Assembly (NCBI GenBank): GCA_951406725.2
Contig: OX597822.1
Span: 61,070,001 to 61,134,000 of the forward strand
Direction of reading: 5' to 3'
DNA: 64,000 nucleotides
From: Octopus vulgaris
Lineage: Eukaryota
Position 1 is the stretch's first letter; the number at the start of each line of letters is the position of its first letter. A program made the position numbers and the translations under genes. Positions 44,455-57,822 of the stretch are shown here, one piece after another. The notes under the pieces are model-generated. The model was not told the origin of the DNA, made no database searches, and worked only from the letters and a program-made list of their open reading frames with translations.

Positions 44455-44784
44455 CATACATACATACATACATATATGCGTACATACATACATACATATA
44501 TGCGTACATACATACATACATACATACATACATACATACATACATACATACACACAAATGTATATATATTAGAGGAGCATTTTATCTGTTACGATGATGA
44601 GGGTCCCAGCTTATACGATCAACGGAACAGCTTGCTCGTGAAATTAACTTGCAAGACACGCGTACGCTTACTTCATTTCATTTTACTATATATACTATTT
44701 ATACAATATATTCTATATTCTACATTAATATTATAAAGGATATAAATAAAACATAAAAACAGAGTTGGAATTTCTTTGAATAAT

Positions 44785-44826
<42 letters not shown>

Positions 44827-44855
44827 TTGTATATAAATGTGTACACACACTTATA

Positions 44856-44904
<49 letters not shown>

Positions 44905-44907
44905 ATG

Positions 44908-44974
<67 letters not shown>

Positions 44975-44993
44975 TTATAGGCGGGTGGATCAA

Positions 44994-45030
<37 letters not shown>

Positions 45031-46259
45031 AGCTGGTTGGCTGGTTGGTTGGCTGGCTGGCTGCGCAGAATGTTATAGTTGGCGCCTTTTATTGTAGGTG
45101 TTACAGTATTTTTTAGTGAACCTTCAAATGATGTTTCATTCCTGACGGACATTCTTTTCCACATTCCCCGCAAGATAAATGCCTATAATACAGCGCTAAG
45201 AATTTCTCTTGTGCCTGGCTTCTCTGATGACTTCTAGGCAGAGGTGCAGCCATATTCTAAAGTAAGAGGGAGCCAGCACATAAAAAAACCGCGCCAAACA
45301 ATTTTTAACTCGCTTCTTTTAATTACGTGAAATATTTCATTAGTTATACTATACTTAATTGCATTCTACAGTCATGAATTTCATGTTTCAGTAACAATGT
45401 CATTATGTATGAAACTTACAACTACTGATATAGGTGTGACGTGAAAAGGATGAAACTCCACAGGATTGTCCAGTATCGAAAGGCTATGACGTCAGGCTTT
45501 TGGCTCTTCATATGTCAGCGATTATCAACACATCAAACAAGATTGAGCAGACAAAAACACGGGAGGTTGTTCAAATAAAGTAATGACTCCAGAAAGTTCT
45601 TCTAAGGTCACGCGATTAACAAAGAGAGAGAGAGAGCGGGGTGGAGATTCAACTTTTATCGCACAAGTGAACTAAATAGTTAAAAATATTGCTGGAAAGG
45701 CACCAATTATGAAAAAATGTGATGGGGGCAGGAGAGCAGTCGCACTCCTTGCTCCTCTATTAGTTACGCCACTGCTTGTAGGGCCTGCCTTTGACACAAA
45801 CTTTTACAAGTTAAATCGAGCTGTATGCAAGATAGTCGTGCAAATTAACATCGTTACCCATAAAAATATCACTCCGGAGCTTTTTATAAACGATACGATT
45901 TTGTTTAAATTCCTTCCTCCCAGCATGCACTATTTTCCTCCACGATGAACAATCTAGAGCAAGGTTTATCCGTCCATTTTCCAAGATTTTGCCCTTCAGC
46001 GTATTCTTGATGCAGTCCTTATACTTTAATTTTGATTTATGCGCCGGTTTTCTTTTTATGTATATACTAACTTACTGTACAGAAATTGCTTAGGGATCCG
46101 ATCGTCCTAAATCCTGAAGTCGTAACCACTCTATACTAGAAGTTAACGTCATATGAATGCATTTGCTATCAGATACCCAGTATATGGCGGGGAATCTATA
46201 TATTTTCATATATTTCCGGTAAGTAACTCAGGTCTTACATGACTATAGCAATGAAGACA

Positions 46260-47330
46260 AAACAAATATTGTAGACTTTCACTTTTGCCTCAACTGAAAT
46301 TCCGTGCCTAGATCATAAACGTCTGCCCAGTTTTCCGAATGCATTACAAGCTTTTTAATTCAGAGAAACACTTCATCATAAAGAGTATTTATCATGTTCA
46401 TAGTATTGCTTAAGTACATGAATTTATTCACCATCTGCAATTTCTGTCCATGTACACAAATATTTGGCTCAGAGTAGGCTTTATCTAGTAGTGCATATGG
46501 GTACATCGCGACTGTCATTTTTAGGCTGATTCATAGATCCCAATACATTGTATGCTGTCAAGAATGAGTCTATAAGATGCTCCATGTAATTCTGGGAGTG
46601 AGCAAGAAATCGTCAGCATACATGAATGCGATGAGAAAAGCTTTGTTTTGGCAGCAGGCCGTCTTATATTCAACATCCTACACGTCGTTCAGTATCTGAC
46701 GTAGACCCCATGTAAGCAACCTTCAAAAGCCGTCAAAGAAAAGCCATAGCAAAGTACCATACGAACAGATTTATTTCTGATATATCCCTTTGCTTAACAT
46801 CATTTTTGCTAAAATTGGGTCAGAGAGTTTGCTATCCACAGTAAAACAGTTTCATTTCATTACAGAGATGTCTAAATACACAGACAAACTTCTCAGGACA
46901 CCCAAGCTTCTTCAGATTGTTCCATAAGGCATTTCTACCCACAATATCAAAAATCTTAGTCAGCTCAACAAAGACTTAGTACAGGTCCATCTTCTGCTCA
47001 ATACATTTTTCTTGAAATTGCATAACAGAAAAGTTCACATTCGTTGTTCCCTTGCCATTACTGAGACTACACTGAAACTCAGGGAGCATTTCATCAGCAA
47101 TATTGTTGAGACGTCTGTCCAACATGATCCTACACGACACTTTATCTAGAACAGAGAGGAGATATTCCACGGTAATTTCCACAATCGTCCTTCCTTGTAC
47201 AGAGAACCACCGTTAGCGCATCTTTCTAATCATTTGCGACACTGTCTTGAATCCAAACCTTTTGTATTAAGTTAGACGTTGAAGTAGGATTTGATTTCCA
47301 TATCTCAAAGCCTCAGCACAAAGACCATTC
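46260..47330 (-). mobile_element. Degenerate RTE (BovB-like) LINE fragment
   Basis: LLSVLDKVSCRIMLDR..EMLPEFQCS..GTT..FSVMQFQEKCIEQKMDLY is a typical RTE RT segment. Confidence 0.8.
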
Positions 47331-47677
47331 TTCCCAAACAACTTAGTAAAATAAGTATATGCATCTAGAAAAGAGTGCACCACAGCTTATTTATTTATTT
47401 ATTTACTGTGTTGTAAGTGGTGCAATACTGATGCCGACGATGCACAAACTGGACCTTTTGTAATCCTCACGTTCCACACTTAATTTCATCCCCTACATGT
47501 ATCTCTCAGCGACACACGGACACTCCAAACATCTATAATCTCGTCTTCACATCCAAATCGAACATCTGCCTGGCCATAAGTCTTTCTGCAACAAACAGAT
47601 CATCCGACCTCCGCCGCATCACAACTACTCACTACACATCAAAATACTACACAGTGCTACAAACGCACACACACACG

Positions 47678-47775
<98 letters not shown>

Positions 47776-48136
47776 CACACACACAGAGAGTCTCTGGAGA
47801 TTACAGTATTGCAAGTCAGTGAGCGTCTGCCGTTTTGTGCTATCATAGATAACTTTATTCGCATCGATACTTAATATTGCCGTCAGAACATCTGCAATGT
47901 ACCTAAACACTTTGACATTCACTGTCCACCTATATATAGCCGTGAATAAATACCATGAGAGTAAGCAGCAGAGACAACACTGAGTAATTGGCCAGACTAT
48001 TTGCATTTGTCTTGTCTCATTGACCTTAAAGAGAAACGATGTCTCCAGTGATGACTCTACGGTGCAGTTATACAACCAGTAAACAATAGCAACAAGACAA
48101 TGCATAATTAGAGCAGGCAAAAACGGAAAAGTTATG

Positions 48137-48353
48137 GTTACCATGGAAACAATATTGGAAAAATAACTGCTTTCGGAATACGCAGATTAATTTATACTCG
48201 TGGTCATCGCAAACAGGAACTTTCATTTGCCGTCTTTGACGTCATCGGTATCTTCGTTGCCATCGTCACCACTAACCATTATCATTGTCATTATCATAAC
48301 CATCAGTGTCGTAGTCGCCGTGGTGGTGGTCGTCATCGACGGTGTCATCATCG

Positions 48354-48385
<32 letters not shown>

Positions 48386-48480
48386 GTCATCATCATCATC
48401 ATCATCATTGTTGTTGCTTTCGTCATTGTTTCCCTACTAATCCGATTCAGTTAATCTTGTAGTGTATGTATGTATGTATG

Positions 48481-48513
<33 letters not shown>

Positions 48514-48692
48514 GTGTGTGTATGTGTATATGCACACGCACAATACGCTCACACATACACACACACATACACATACATACATACATACATACATACGTCC
48601 ACACATAAGCTGATTATTTATACATTCGCGTGTGTACTCTCACTGACATACAGGCACGCACGCACGCACGCACACACACACACGCACGCACG

Positions 48693-48756
<64 letters not shown>

Positions 48757-48862
48757 TAGCGTCAACTCTCAAATGCCTGTATTTTTCTGATTGGCCATTG
48801 AACGCCTCCCACTCGCACTCTCTTCCTCAACCAGAGAACTAGAAACCGCAAACGAACCAATG
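48137..48862. promoter_or_regulatory. Candidate enhancer/promoter cluster: RFX X-box, CRE and two CCAAT boxes
   Basis: GTTACCATGGAAAC at 48137-48150, TGACGTCA at 48237-48244, ATTGG at about 48790, CCAAT at about 48857; CpG-retaining DNA. Confidence 0.4.
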
Positions 48863-49048
48863 AGAATGCTAGTAGACGGTCGTACGACGTGGTAGAAAGG
48901 TCGAATCGATTTCAAATCCCACCCTTCTATCTTAAAAAATCCAGCATGTTAATTTTTTTTCTTAAAAAGAAAAATGAATGTGTTGGAATGTTGAACTTTG
49001 GATAATACACACGCGCGCGTGAGTGTATTTGCGTGTATTGTCCAGAGT

Positions 49049-49116
<68 letters not shown>

Positions 49117-49320
49117 AGAGAGAGAGAGAGAGAGAGAGCAGTAGGAAAATGGAGGGGATCAATAGGTGATTCATCAACTTTTAGACATTATATTATGTCA
49201 ATTTATTCATTTATTAACTAAAATGACAATTACAAGAATATACATACATGTATAACATATTATGCTTTACATATAAAATATATAAAAATACCAGTAATTA
49301 TTAAAATATAACATACAGGA

Positions 49321-49506
<186 letters not shown>

Positions 49507-49976
49507 ATCCAAACGTGAAAACACAAAGAGAAAACACGACAACGCGAGGACGTGGAACAAGTATAGTGTTATAGGACGCTCAGGAAAGGAAAGAAAGATG
49601 AAGGATTTAACGTTTCGAGCGGAGCTCTTCAAGCACGCCGGGTGAAATGCTGAGCGGTATTTTGTCTGTCTTTATGTTCTGAGTTCAAATTCCGCCGAGG
49701 TCGACTTTACCTTTCATCCTTTCGGGGTCGATAGATTAAGTACCAGTTTCGTACTGGGTTCGATGTAATCGACTGGCCCTCTCCCCCAAAATTTCGGGCC
49801 TTGCGCCTAGAGTAGAAACAAAAAGTATATATATATGGCCAATGAAAAATATATCAGAAAAGAACACTCTAAAGAATAGAACAGTAATTATTAAAAGAAA
49901 AGGTTAAATTCTAGTCATAGAATTACAAAAGGTTCCGTATCCGCTAAAGCCACAGCCTTGTGGACAGCTTGTCCGG

Positions 49977-50035
<59 letters not shown>

Positions 50036-50416
50036 TTTATTGCCCACAGCGGGCTAAGAGTAGAGGGGACAAACAAGTACAAAGGGTTGAAGTCGATTTT
50101 ATCGACCCCAGTACGTAACTGGTACTTATTTAATCGACCCCAGTACGTAACTGGTACTTATTTAATCGATCCCGAAAGAATGAAAGCCAAAGTCGATCTC
50201 GGCGGAATTTGAACTCAGAACGTAGCGGCAGACGAAATAGCGCTAAGCATTTCGCCCGGCGTTTGTACACACACACACACACACACACATACATATATAT
50301 ATATACACACATAATACATACATACATATGTGTGTGTGTGTGCGTGCGTGTGTGTGTGTACACATACATTCACGTACATGTATACATATGCATTTCTATC
50401 TCTCCCTCTCACTCTA

Positions 50417-50454
<38 letters not shown>

Positions 50455-50487
50455 CATATATACATACATACATACATACATACATAA

Positions 50488-50558
<71 letters not shown>

Positions 50559-50970
50559 ATGGGGCAGTAAGAGCTTTTGGAAGCGCTTAAAGAAATATAT
50601 TAATAACGATGGAGAACTAAGATGGAAGTATCTTTACTTTATATACACAAACGTAAAATGTCTGGATTTTCCCAAGGAAACACTCAAACACTGCTTATCA
50701 ATTTGTATAGCTACAGTGTTTGCCGCCCGGGGCGGAGTATCTTCCCTCTCACCCACCCACAGCCCCTAACTATGCTACTGTGCTTATCTTGTTTTTTTAA
50801 ATTGTTCTATCGTTGTTGGAAAATACAGACTCTATGATTGTATATAAATAAAGACAGAAAGAAAGAAGGAAAAATCACCTCCGTCTTCTGGCTTATTTCT
50901 TCATCATTATTAATGTCTATGTGAAGTTAGAATCGTAAGCACGCCGGACAACTTGCTTAGCAGCATCTCC

Positions 50971-51120
50971 GGAAAGACTTCCGCCCGCCCCCTCCCCCCG
51001 GTGGTTTCTGTAAAAAAAACCAAAAAAACCACAGAATCGAACCGTCCGCATCTTTGGCCGAAAACGTGGGTTTCTGGAAAAAAATAATAAAATTCGGAGA
51101 TGGGTTGGGGGAGTCTTCCC
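50971..51120. mobile_element. 150-bp MITE inserted in a SINE head, 8-bp TSD
   Basis: TIR GGAAAGACTTCC / GGGAAGACTCCC; TSD GCATCTCC (50963-50970) / GCATCTCG (51121-51128). The host SINE resumes on both sides. Confidence 0.8.
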
Positions 51121-51186
51121 GCATCTCGTCCGTTTTCAAGTTCTGAGTTCAAATTTCATACTTTCAGGTTCGATAAAATAAGTACC

Positions 51187-51418
51187 TATTTCTTTATTAC
51201 CCACAAGGGGCTAAACACAGAGGAGACAAACAAGGACAGACATAGGTATTAAGTCGATTACATCGACCCCAGTGCGTAACTGGTGCTTAATTTATCGACC
51301 CCAAAAGGATGAAAGGCAAAGTCGACCTCGGCGGAATTTGAACTCACAACGTAACGGCAGACGAAATACCGCTAAGCATTTCGCCCGGCGTGCTAACGTT
51401 TCTTCCAGCTCGCCGCCT
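51187..51418 (-). mobile_element. SINE family A copy, CpG-intact
   Basis: Full head-to-tail reverse complement of family A. Other copies at 40548-40743, 49632-49820, 50035-50261 and 61751-62152. Confidence 0.88.
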
Positions 51419-51951
51419 TATGGCAAAATACATATTATTAAAAGTTAGGGTAGAATATGCATCTGCTAGCATCGATAAAATAAGTACCACCTGAGCATTG
51501 AGGTTGATGTAATCGACTTACGTCCTACCCTGAAACTGCAGGCCTTGTGCCAAAATTTGAAACCATTTTGATACGCATATATTTATGTTTTTGTGTGTGT
51601 GTATTGTGCGCTAGTGTGTGTGTCTTGTGCGCGCGTGTGTGTGTGCGTATGTGGTAAGGCGGCGACTAGCAGAATCGTTACTTTGCCGGACAAAATGCAT
51701 AGCAACATTTCTTTCAGTTCTTTGCGTTCTGAACTCACATACCACATAGGTCGACTATGCCTTTCATCCTTCCGGGGTTCGATAAAATATGTTCCAGTTG
51801 AGCACTGGGGTCAATGTAATCAACTTCCTCCTCAAAATTGATGGCCTTGGCCCAAAATTAGATTACATTATTGTGTGCGTGCGCATCCGGATGGACGGTG
51901 TGTGAGAGAGGAGGGAGAGTGGGGGATAGAGGTGTGTGTGTGTGTGTGTAT

Positions 51952-52014
<63 letters not shown>

Positions 52015-52956
52015 GTTGTGTGTGTGTCTGTGTGCGTGTGAAAGCTTGTATATGAGCTAAACCTACTGACGAAAAATATATGTACTTGAGGCTACGTAAC
52101 AACAGATTTGCATAAAAGCCTAAAATAACTAACTAGGATTCTCCAAAAATGAACAAAGCAAACTGATTAATAATTCTTCAAATACAATTGATTTCTAGCT
52201 CTCTACTAGGCACATGGCCTAGTGGTTAGAGCAGCGGACTCGCGGTCGAGGGATCGCGGGTCCGAATTTCAAAGCTGGTGATGTGTGTGTTTATGAGCGA
52301 AACACCTAATCTCGACGCGGCTCCGGCAGAAGGTAATGGCGAACTTCTGCTGACTCTTTCGCCACAACTTTCTCTTACACTTCCTCCTGCATCTAGCAGC
52401 TCACCTGCGATGGACCGGCGGCGTCCCGTCCAGGTAGGGAACCTATACGCCAAAGAAACCGGGAAACCGGCCCTTATGAGCCAGGCATAGCTCGAAAAAG
52501 AACAAACAATAAATTTGTAAAACATTCTTGAGGTTTCTTGACCTGACACACACACACACACACACACACAATCACATTCCCATATGAAATACGTATACAC
52601 ACCTACATAAGCACAACTTATGCACTAAAGTGACATGCGCACCCATTACATGAGTGCAAGTTTACAGACACACACACACGTATACACACACATGCATACA
52701 CACACATGCACACACATCAACCAATTCAGGTATCTACAAACCCTAAGGGTTGTTCTAACTTAAACATTCTATTAGTGACAAGTTTGAATCCTACAAAGGA
52801 ATAAGCTTAAGTATATTCCAAAAAGAAACATAAATACATATATTTATATATACATATATATACATAGGTACGTACATACACTCATATATACATACATGCA
52901 TGCATGCATACATACATACATACATACATACATACATGGAAATGTAGATACAATAC

Positions 52957-53025
<69 letters not shown>

Positions 53026-53149
53026 CCCACAAGAGTAAACAAGAGAGACAGAGACAGGCAGAAACAAGGAAAATGCCACTTGTATCTGAGCACTATACAA
53101 ATATTCTTTAAAAAAACTTTTCTTTTAATTTTTCTAAATTTAATTATCT

Positions 53150-53201
53150 AATTGTTACAGTTGAAAAAGTCTCAATGACTGAAACCGGTACTGAAATGTT
53201 T
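53150..53201 (+). ncRNA. Minimal type I hammerhead ribozyme motif, U3-A8 core variant
   Basis: CAG-TTGAAAA-AGTC(TCAAT)GACT-GAAA-CCGG-T-A-CTG. Perfect stem II, palindromic ACCGGT stem III, GUA triplet. Confidence 0.7.
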
Positions 53202-53242
53202 TTCATAAAATTAGTTTAGCATTTTCTATCTTGACTTTTTTT

Positions 53243-53363
<121 letters not shown>

Positions 53364-53426
53364 AAACATACATGCATAAAATTATACATACATATATATA
53401 TACATATACAAATATAAATACACATG

Positions 53427-53457
<31 letters not shown>

Positions 53458-53750
53458 ACATATACATATAACTATATACACACATATATATGTATATATA
53501 CATATGCATATATACATATATACATATATGCACATATATATATATATATACATATACACACATATATATGTATATCTATATGTATATATGCATATAAATC
53601 TATATATATATATATACATCTATATATATATGCATCTACATATATGCATATACATACATATATATGTACACATATATACACACATATATACATGCATATA
53701 TATATATACATACATATATATACACATATATATACATATATTATACATGC

Positions 53751-53781
<31 letters not shown>

Positions 53782-53825
53782 CAGATGTATATATATTCAT
53801 ATATACACACACACACACATATACA

Positions 53826-55919
53826 TACACTGGTCCCACTCCTGAACTATATGGTCGTTATATTGACGACATTATCGGTGCCACCTCACTCTCCCGCGAA
53901 CATCTAGATTCCTTCCTCTCTTTCGTCCAATCTTTCCATCCAGCCCTCCACTTCACTTCCACTATCTCCAACACCTCTGTCTCCTTCCTCGACATTTCGG
54001 TTAGCATTCTTCACTCCACTCTTACCACCTCCATTCACTACAAACACACAGACTCACACTCATACCTCAACTTCTCTTCCTCCCACCCAGAACACACCAA
54101 GCTTTCCATCCCCTATTCCCAATTCCTCCGTCTACGTAGGCTCTGTAGTGACGACCATGACTTTGAGACTCAGTCTCAACGTATGGCTCACCACTTCACC
54201 CTACGTGGATACCCCCTCACCACTATCCACACCGCCCTTGCCAGAGCACGGTCCGTGGACCGTGTATCTGCTCTCTCTCCCCGAACCCGCCCTGTAGTCT
54301 CCCGCCTCCCTTTTCCCCTCACTTACCACCCCACGACCCTACGTCTCCAACGCACCATTCTTCGAGCTTTCCGTCATCTCCAGTCCGACCCGTCCACTTC
54401 ACACCTCTTCCCTAACCGACCCCTCCCCTCTTTCAAACGAGCCCACAACCTTCGAGACCTTTTGGTCCATAGCTCCTTCCCTGACCCTACCTCCCAACCC
54501 GGCTCGTTCCCCTGCTCCCGCCCACGTTGCCGCACTTGCCCTTACCTCTCCAACACCACCCGCCTCACTAGCACCCACCATCGACCCTATCCCATCATCC
54601 ACTCCTTCACCTGCACCTCCAGCAATATTATCTATTGCATCTCTTGCTCTCTCTGCAATTCCTTGTACATCGGACAAACGGGACGCCGCTTGGCTGACCG
54701 GTTCGCGGAACACCTTCGTGACATCCACCTTGCGAACGACACACCGGTCTCACGCCATTTCCGCTCCACCGGTCACTCCTTGCAACACCTATCTGTGTTC
54801 GGTTTGTCCTTACACAGAGGCCATCCGGATTCCCGTTTGCGCCGTGAACAGGAATTAATCTTCTCTCTTCGCTCTTATACGCCATTTGGTCTCAACTCTC
54901 CCCCCTCCTCATCTAACCCCCCTCTCCCCCTCCTCACCTATCCTTTCTCCCCCGACCCCTACCTCTTCAGTCCTTCATCCTTTCACCCCTACTCCCCTTC
55001 CCTTCTTCCCTCTTTCTCCCTCCCTCTTCCCCTTCCCTCTGCTCCCTCACTCCCTCTCTCCCCTTCTCTCTCCCCCTCCCCTATTTCCTCCTTCATCCCC
55101 CTCCTCCCCTTCCTTCTCCCCCTTCCTTCTCCCCCCTCTTCTTCCCCTCCCCTTCTCCCCCCTTCTCTCCCCCCTCTCCCCCCTCTCCCCCTCCCCCTCT
55201 CCCCCCTCTTCTCCCCCTCCCCCTCTTCTCCTCACTACACCACATGACTTTACACATCACATCACATATGATGTGCCATACTAATACACACACCAACTAA
55301 TACATACTAATACGTACTAATACATACTAGTACATACTAATACTTACACCAACCCTATACATACACACGTCCAGACCCCGCATACGCACTTATACTCTCT
55401 CTCACACACACACACACCTATACATACCAATACGTACTAATACATACTAATACATACTAATACATACACCAACCCCATACATACGCACGTCCAGGCCAAT
55501 CCTACGCACTAATACTCTCTCATACACACACACACACACACACACCCCCTTATACATACTAATACATACACCAACCCTATACATACACACATCCAGACCC
55601 CTCCCACGCACTATTAGCTGGTCCCTCAACCCTTTTATCAACCCTATTATCTCCCCTTATTTCGCTCTGGCGTCTCATGTTTGATCTTTGACCTCTGGCC
55701 GAAATCAGATCGCCATGTTGATTCGTTAGCTACTGCACGCATTTTTTTTCTCTCCTTCTTTCTGTGTTTTTCTCTCTCTGTGTATCTTTCTGTTGAAGAG
55801 CGTAGGCTCGAAACGTTAAAGACTTGTTTTATTTATATTTCCTGAGCGCCATACTAATACAATTGTTCGTTTGTTTTCCACCTGCCTTCGTCTTTTGTTT
55901 ATTTTCATAAAGCTTCCCG

Positions 55920-55920
<1 letters not shown>
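53826..55920 (+). mobile_element. 5'-truncated Penelope-like element (Neptune-type): RT C-terminus, Zn linker, GIY-YIG endonuclease, repeat-rich 3' region and pLTR
   Basis: GRYIDD (RT motif C), [35 protein letters not shown] linker, [29 protein letters not shown]. Bounded by (TA)n-rich arrays. Confidence 0.93.
55785..55822 (+). ncRNA. Hammerhead-like motif in the PLE pLTR (A6U core variant)
   Basis: TCTTT-CTGTTGA-A-GAGC(GTAG)GCTC-GAAA-CG-T-T-AAAGA. Second copy at 56061-56097. Confidence 0.6.
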
Positions 55921-55990
<70 letters not shown>

Positions 55991-56194
55991 TATATACATG
56001 CATATAGATCGCTAGCCTCTACACTTTCTTTATTTTCTCTCCTTGTTTCTTTCTGTGTTCCTTTCTGTGGAAGAGCGTAGGCTCGAAATGTTAAAGACTT
56101 TTTTTACTTCCCGAGCGTAATACTAATACATCTGTTTGTTGTCTACACCACCCGTCTTCGTCTTTTTTGCGTGTGAATTCTCCCCATATATATT

Positions 56195-56400
56195 ATATAA
56201 AATCCGTTCTGTCCGTCTGTGTGTGTGTCTTCTAGGATCTCGGGCATCCTCAATCCGATTGCGCTCAAATTTGATATGTAGATACCAACGGCGTCAGGGC
56301 GTGTATAAGTCTTGAAAAAATTACAAAAATCGATTCCAGGTGAGAATGCGATCGATAAAGCCGTAGGAAATCGTTTTTCTTTGGAATAGAAAAAAGTCTA
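56195..56400 (+). mobile_element. Helitron/Helentron (DINE-like) non-autonomous 5' end
   Basis: TATATAAAATCCGTTCTGTCCGTCTGT...CCGATTGCGCTCAAATTT pattern typical of DINE/HINE elements (from recall). Confidence 0.35.
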
Positions 56401-57095
56401 TCTTTATTTCTTCTTTTGCTGGTGTCTCAAAATTAGGTTAAATCAGTGTTTCTCAAAGGGGAGGCCTATGGGACGGTCGAACAAGTTGTTTAGAGAACAA
56501 GAAGTTGAAAACTGAGGAAAGAAGTTGAAAATAGTTTTGCCCCATGACACTCCATGGACCCTAAGTTGTGTATCCACCTACTTAAATCACACGCCCATTG
56601 TATGTATTGTCCTAGATTATCCCTAAAAGGACGGTTTGCTGAAGGCTGGAATGTCTTTGATGATACGTCTGCAGTATCAGGGTTTATTTGACAACAACAT
56701 TATGGTCAATTTCTATATTGACACCCGCACGATTTTCACAAAGAAAAAGAATTTGATTTTTTTGCGTGGTATCAAGTACCCTGAGCTCCTAATTAAGTTA
56801 CTTAAGGTGATCCTGGTAACTGATGGTTCTGGGATCTTGTTTGTAACTTATGGTGAGCCATGGTACAACCAACAACATGGTAAAAAATCCCTGCCATTAA
56901 TTTGGTGTGGATGGGTAATATTAAATAATTCAATCACAACATATATTTAAATTAAACACACAAAAAATTGAAATATTATCATCACTTACATGGAAAAATT
57001 GAAATATTATCTTTCAGTATTTTATAAGGTAAAATCTTAAATTATTAACTGACACATTATTAATTATCTTATAGCAGCAATGCCTGGAAAAATGG

Positions 57096-57822
57096 ATTAC
57101 ATGGTAAAATGCGAGCATGAAAAGTCATATTCTTAAAATTATAAACCTGGAAAAGTACAGGGCAAGTTATTACACCTGTAAAAGTATAGGACTAGTTATT
57201 ACTTCTAGTAAAGTAAAGAATAAGAGTCAAGACTATTGAAAAGGTTGCAAGACGCAATGAAAATTTTAGGAAAATAAAATAAAGAAATAAGTGGAAATTT
57301 TACCGGTGAGTGTGTTACATTATAAGGCGCAAAAAGAAAATGACTCTCCCCAGACACAACAGAATATGCTTCAACACACGAACTCATATAAAGAACCTTG
57401 CAAACCAAATCCAAAAACGAAAAGAATAAGACACTTTTTTCTTAAAATATTGCAGCTAAAATTAAAATTTGAATATTAAAAATTATTTTATTATAGTTTA
57501 CAAATAACACTATACTTATTTAAGTAGAATTTGGCTAATTTACTAACTTAAATACAGAAAAAAGTGACTAATTAGACAAACTTACACGTTACCTGAACAA
57601 TTTTATACAATAAATTTAAAAGATGAGAACTGTAAAGAATGATTAATTAGAAGAGCTGGCATTCTTTGCTGCAATATTTTAAGTAAAAAGTTTCTTATTC
57701 TTTACTTTACTAGAAGTAATAGCTTATCCTATGCTTTTACATGCGTAATAATTTGTCCTGTACATTTCCAGGTTTATAATTTTAAGAATATGACTTTTCA
57801 CGCTCACATTTTTCCATGTAAT
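57096..57822. mobile_element. Foldback element with about 165-bp inverted arms, left arm interrupted by a 195-bp insertion
   Basis: 57096-57225 plus 57421-57460 mirror 57662-57822. Confidence 0.8.
57233..57269 (+). ncRNA. Minimal hammerhead-like motif (U3-A8) inside the 195-bp insertion
   Basis: CTA-TTGAAAA-G-GTTGC(AAGAC)GCAAT-GAAA-AT-T-T-TAG. Confidence 0.5.

Noticed and set aside
48137-48150. Alternative ATG|GTAACC first exon for tubulin
   Set aside because: Weak donor with no supporting core promoter; better explained as an X-box. The 28865 exon has a consensus donor plus TATA/Inr.
55270-55610. CRISPR-like repeat/spacer array
   Set aside because: Eukaryotic context, irregular degenerate units, no unique spacers and no cas genes; it is part of the PLE 3' region.
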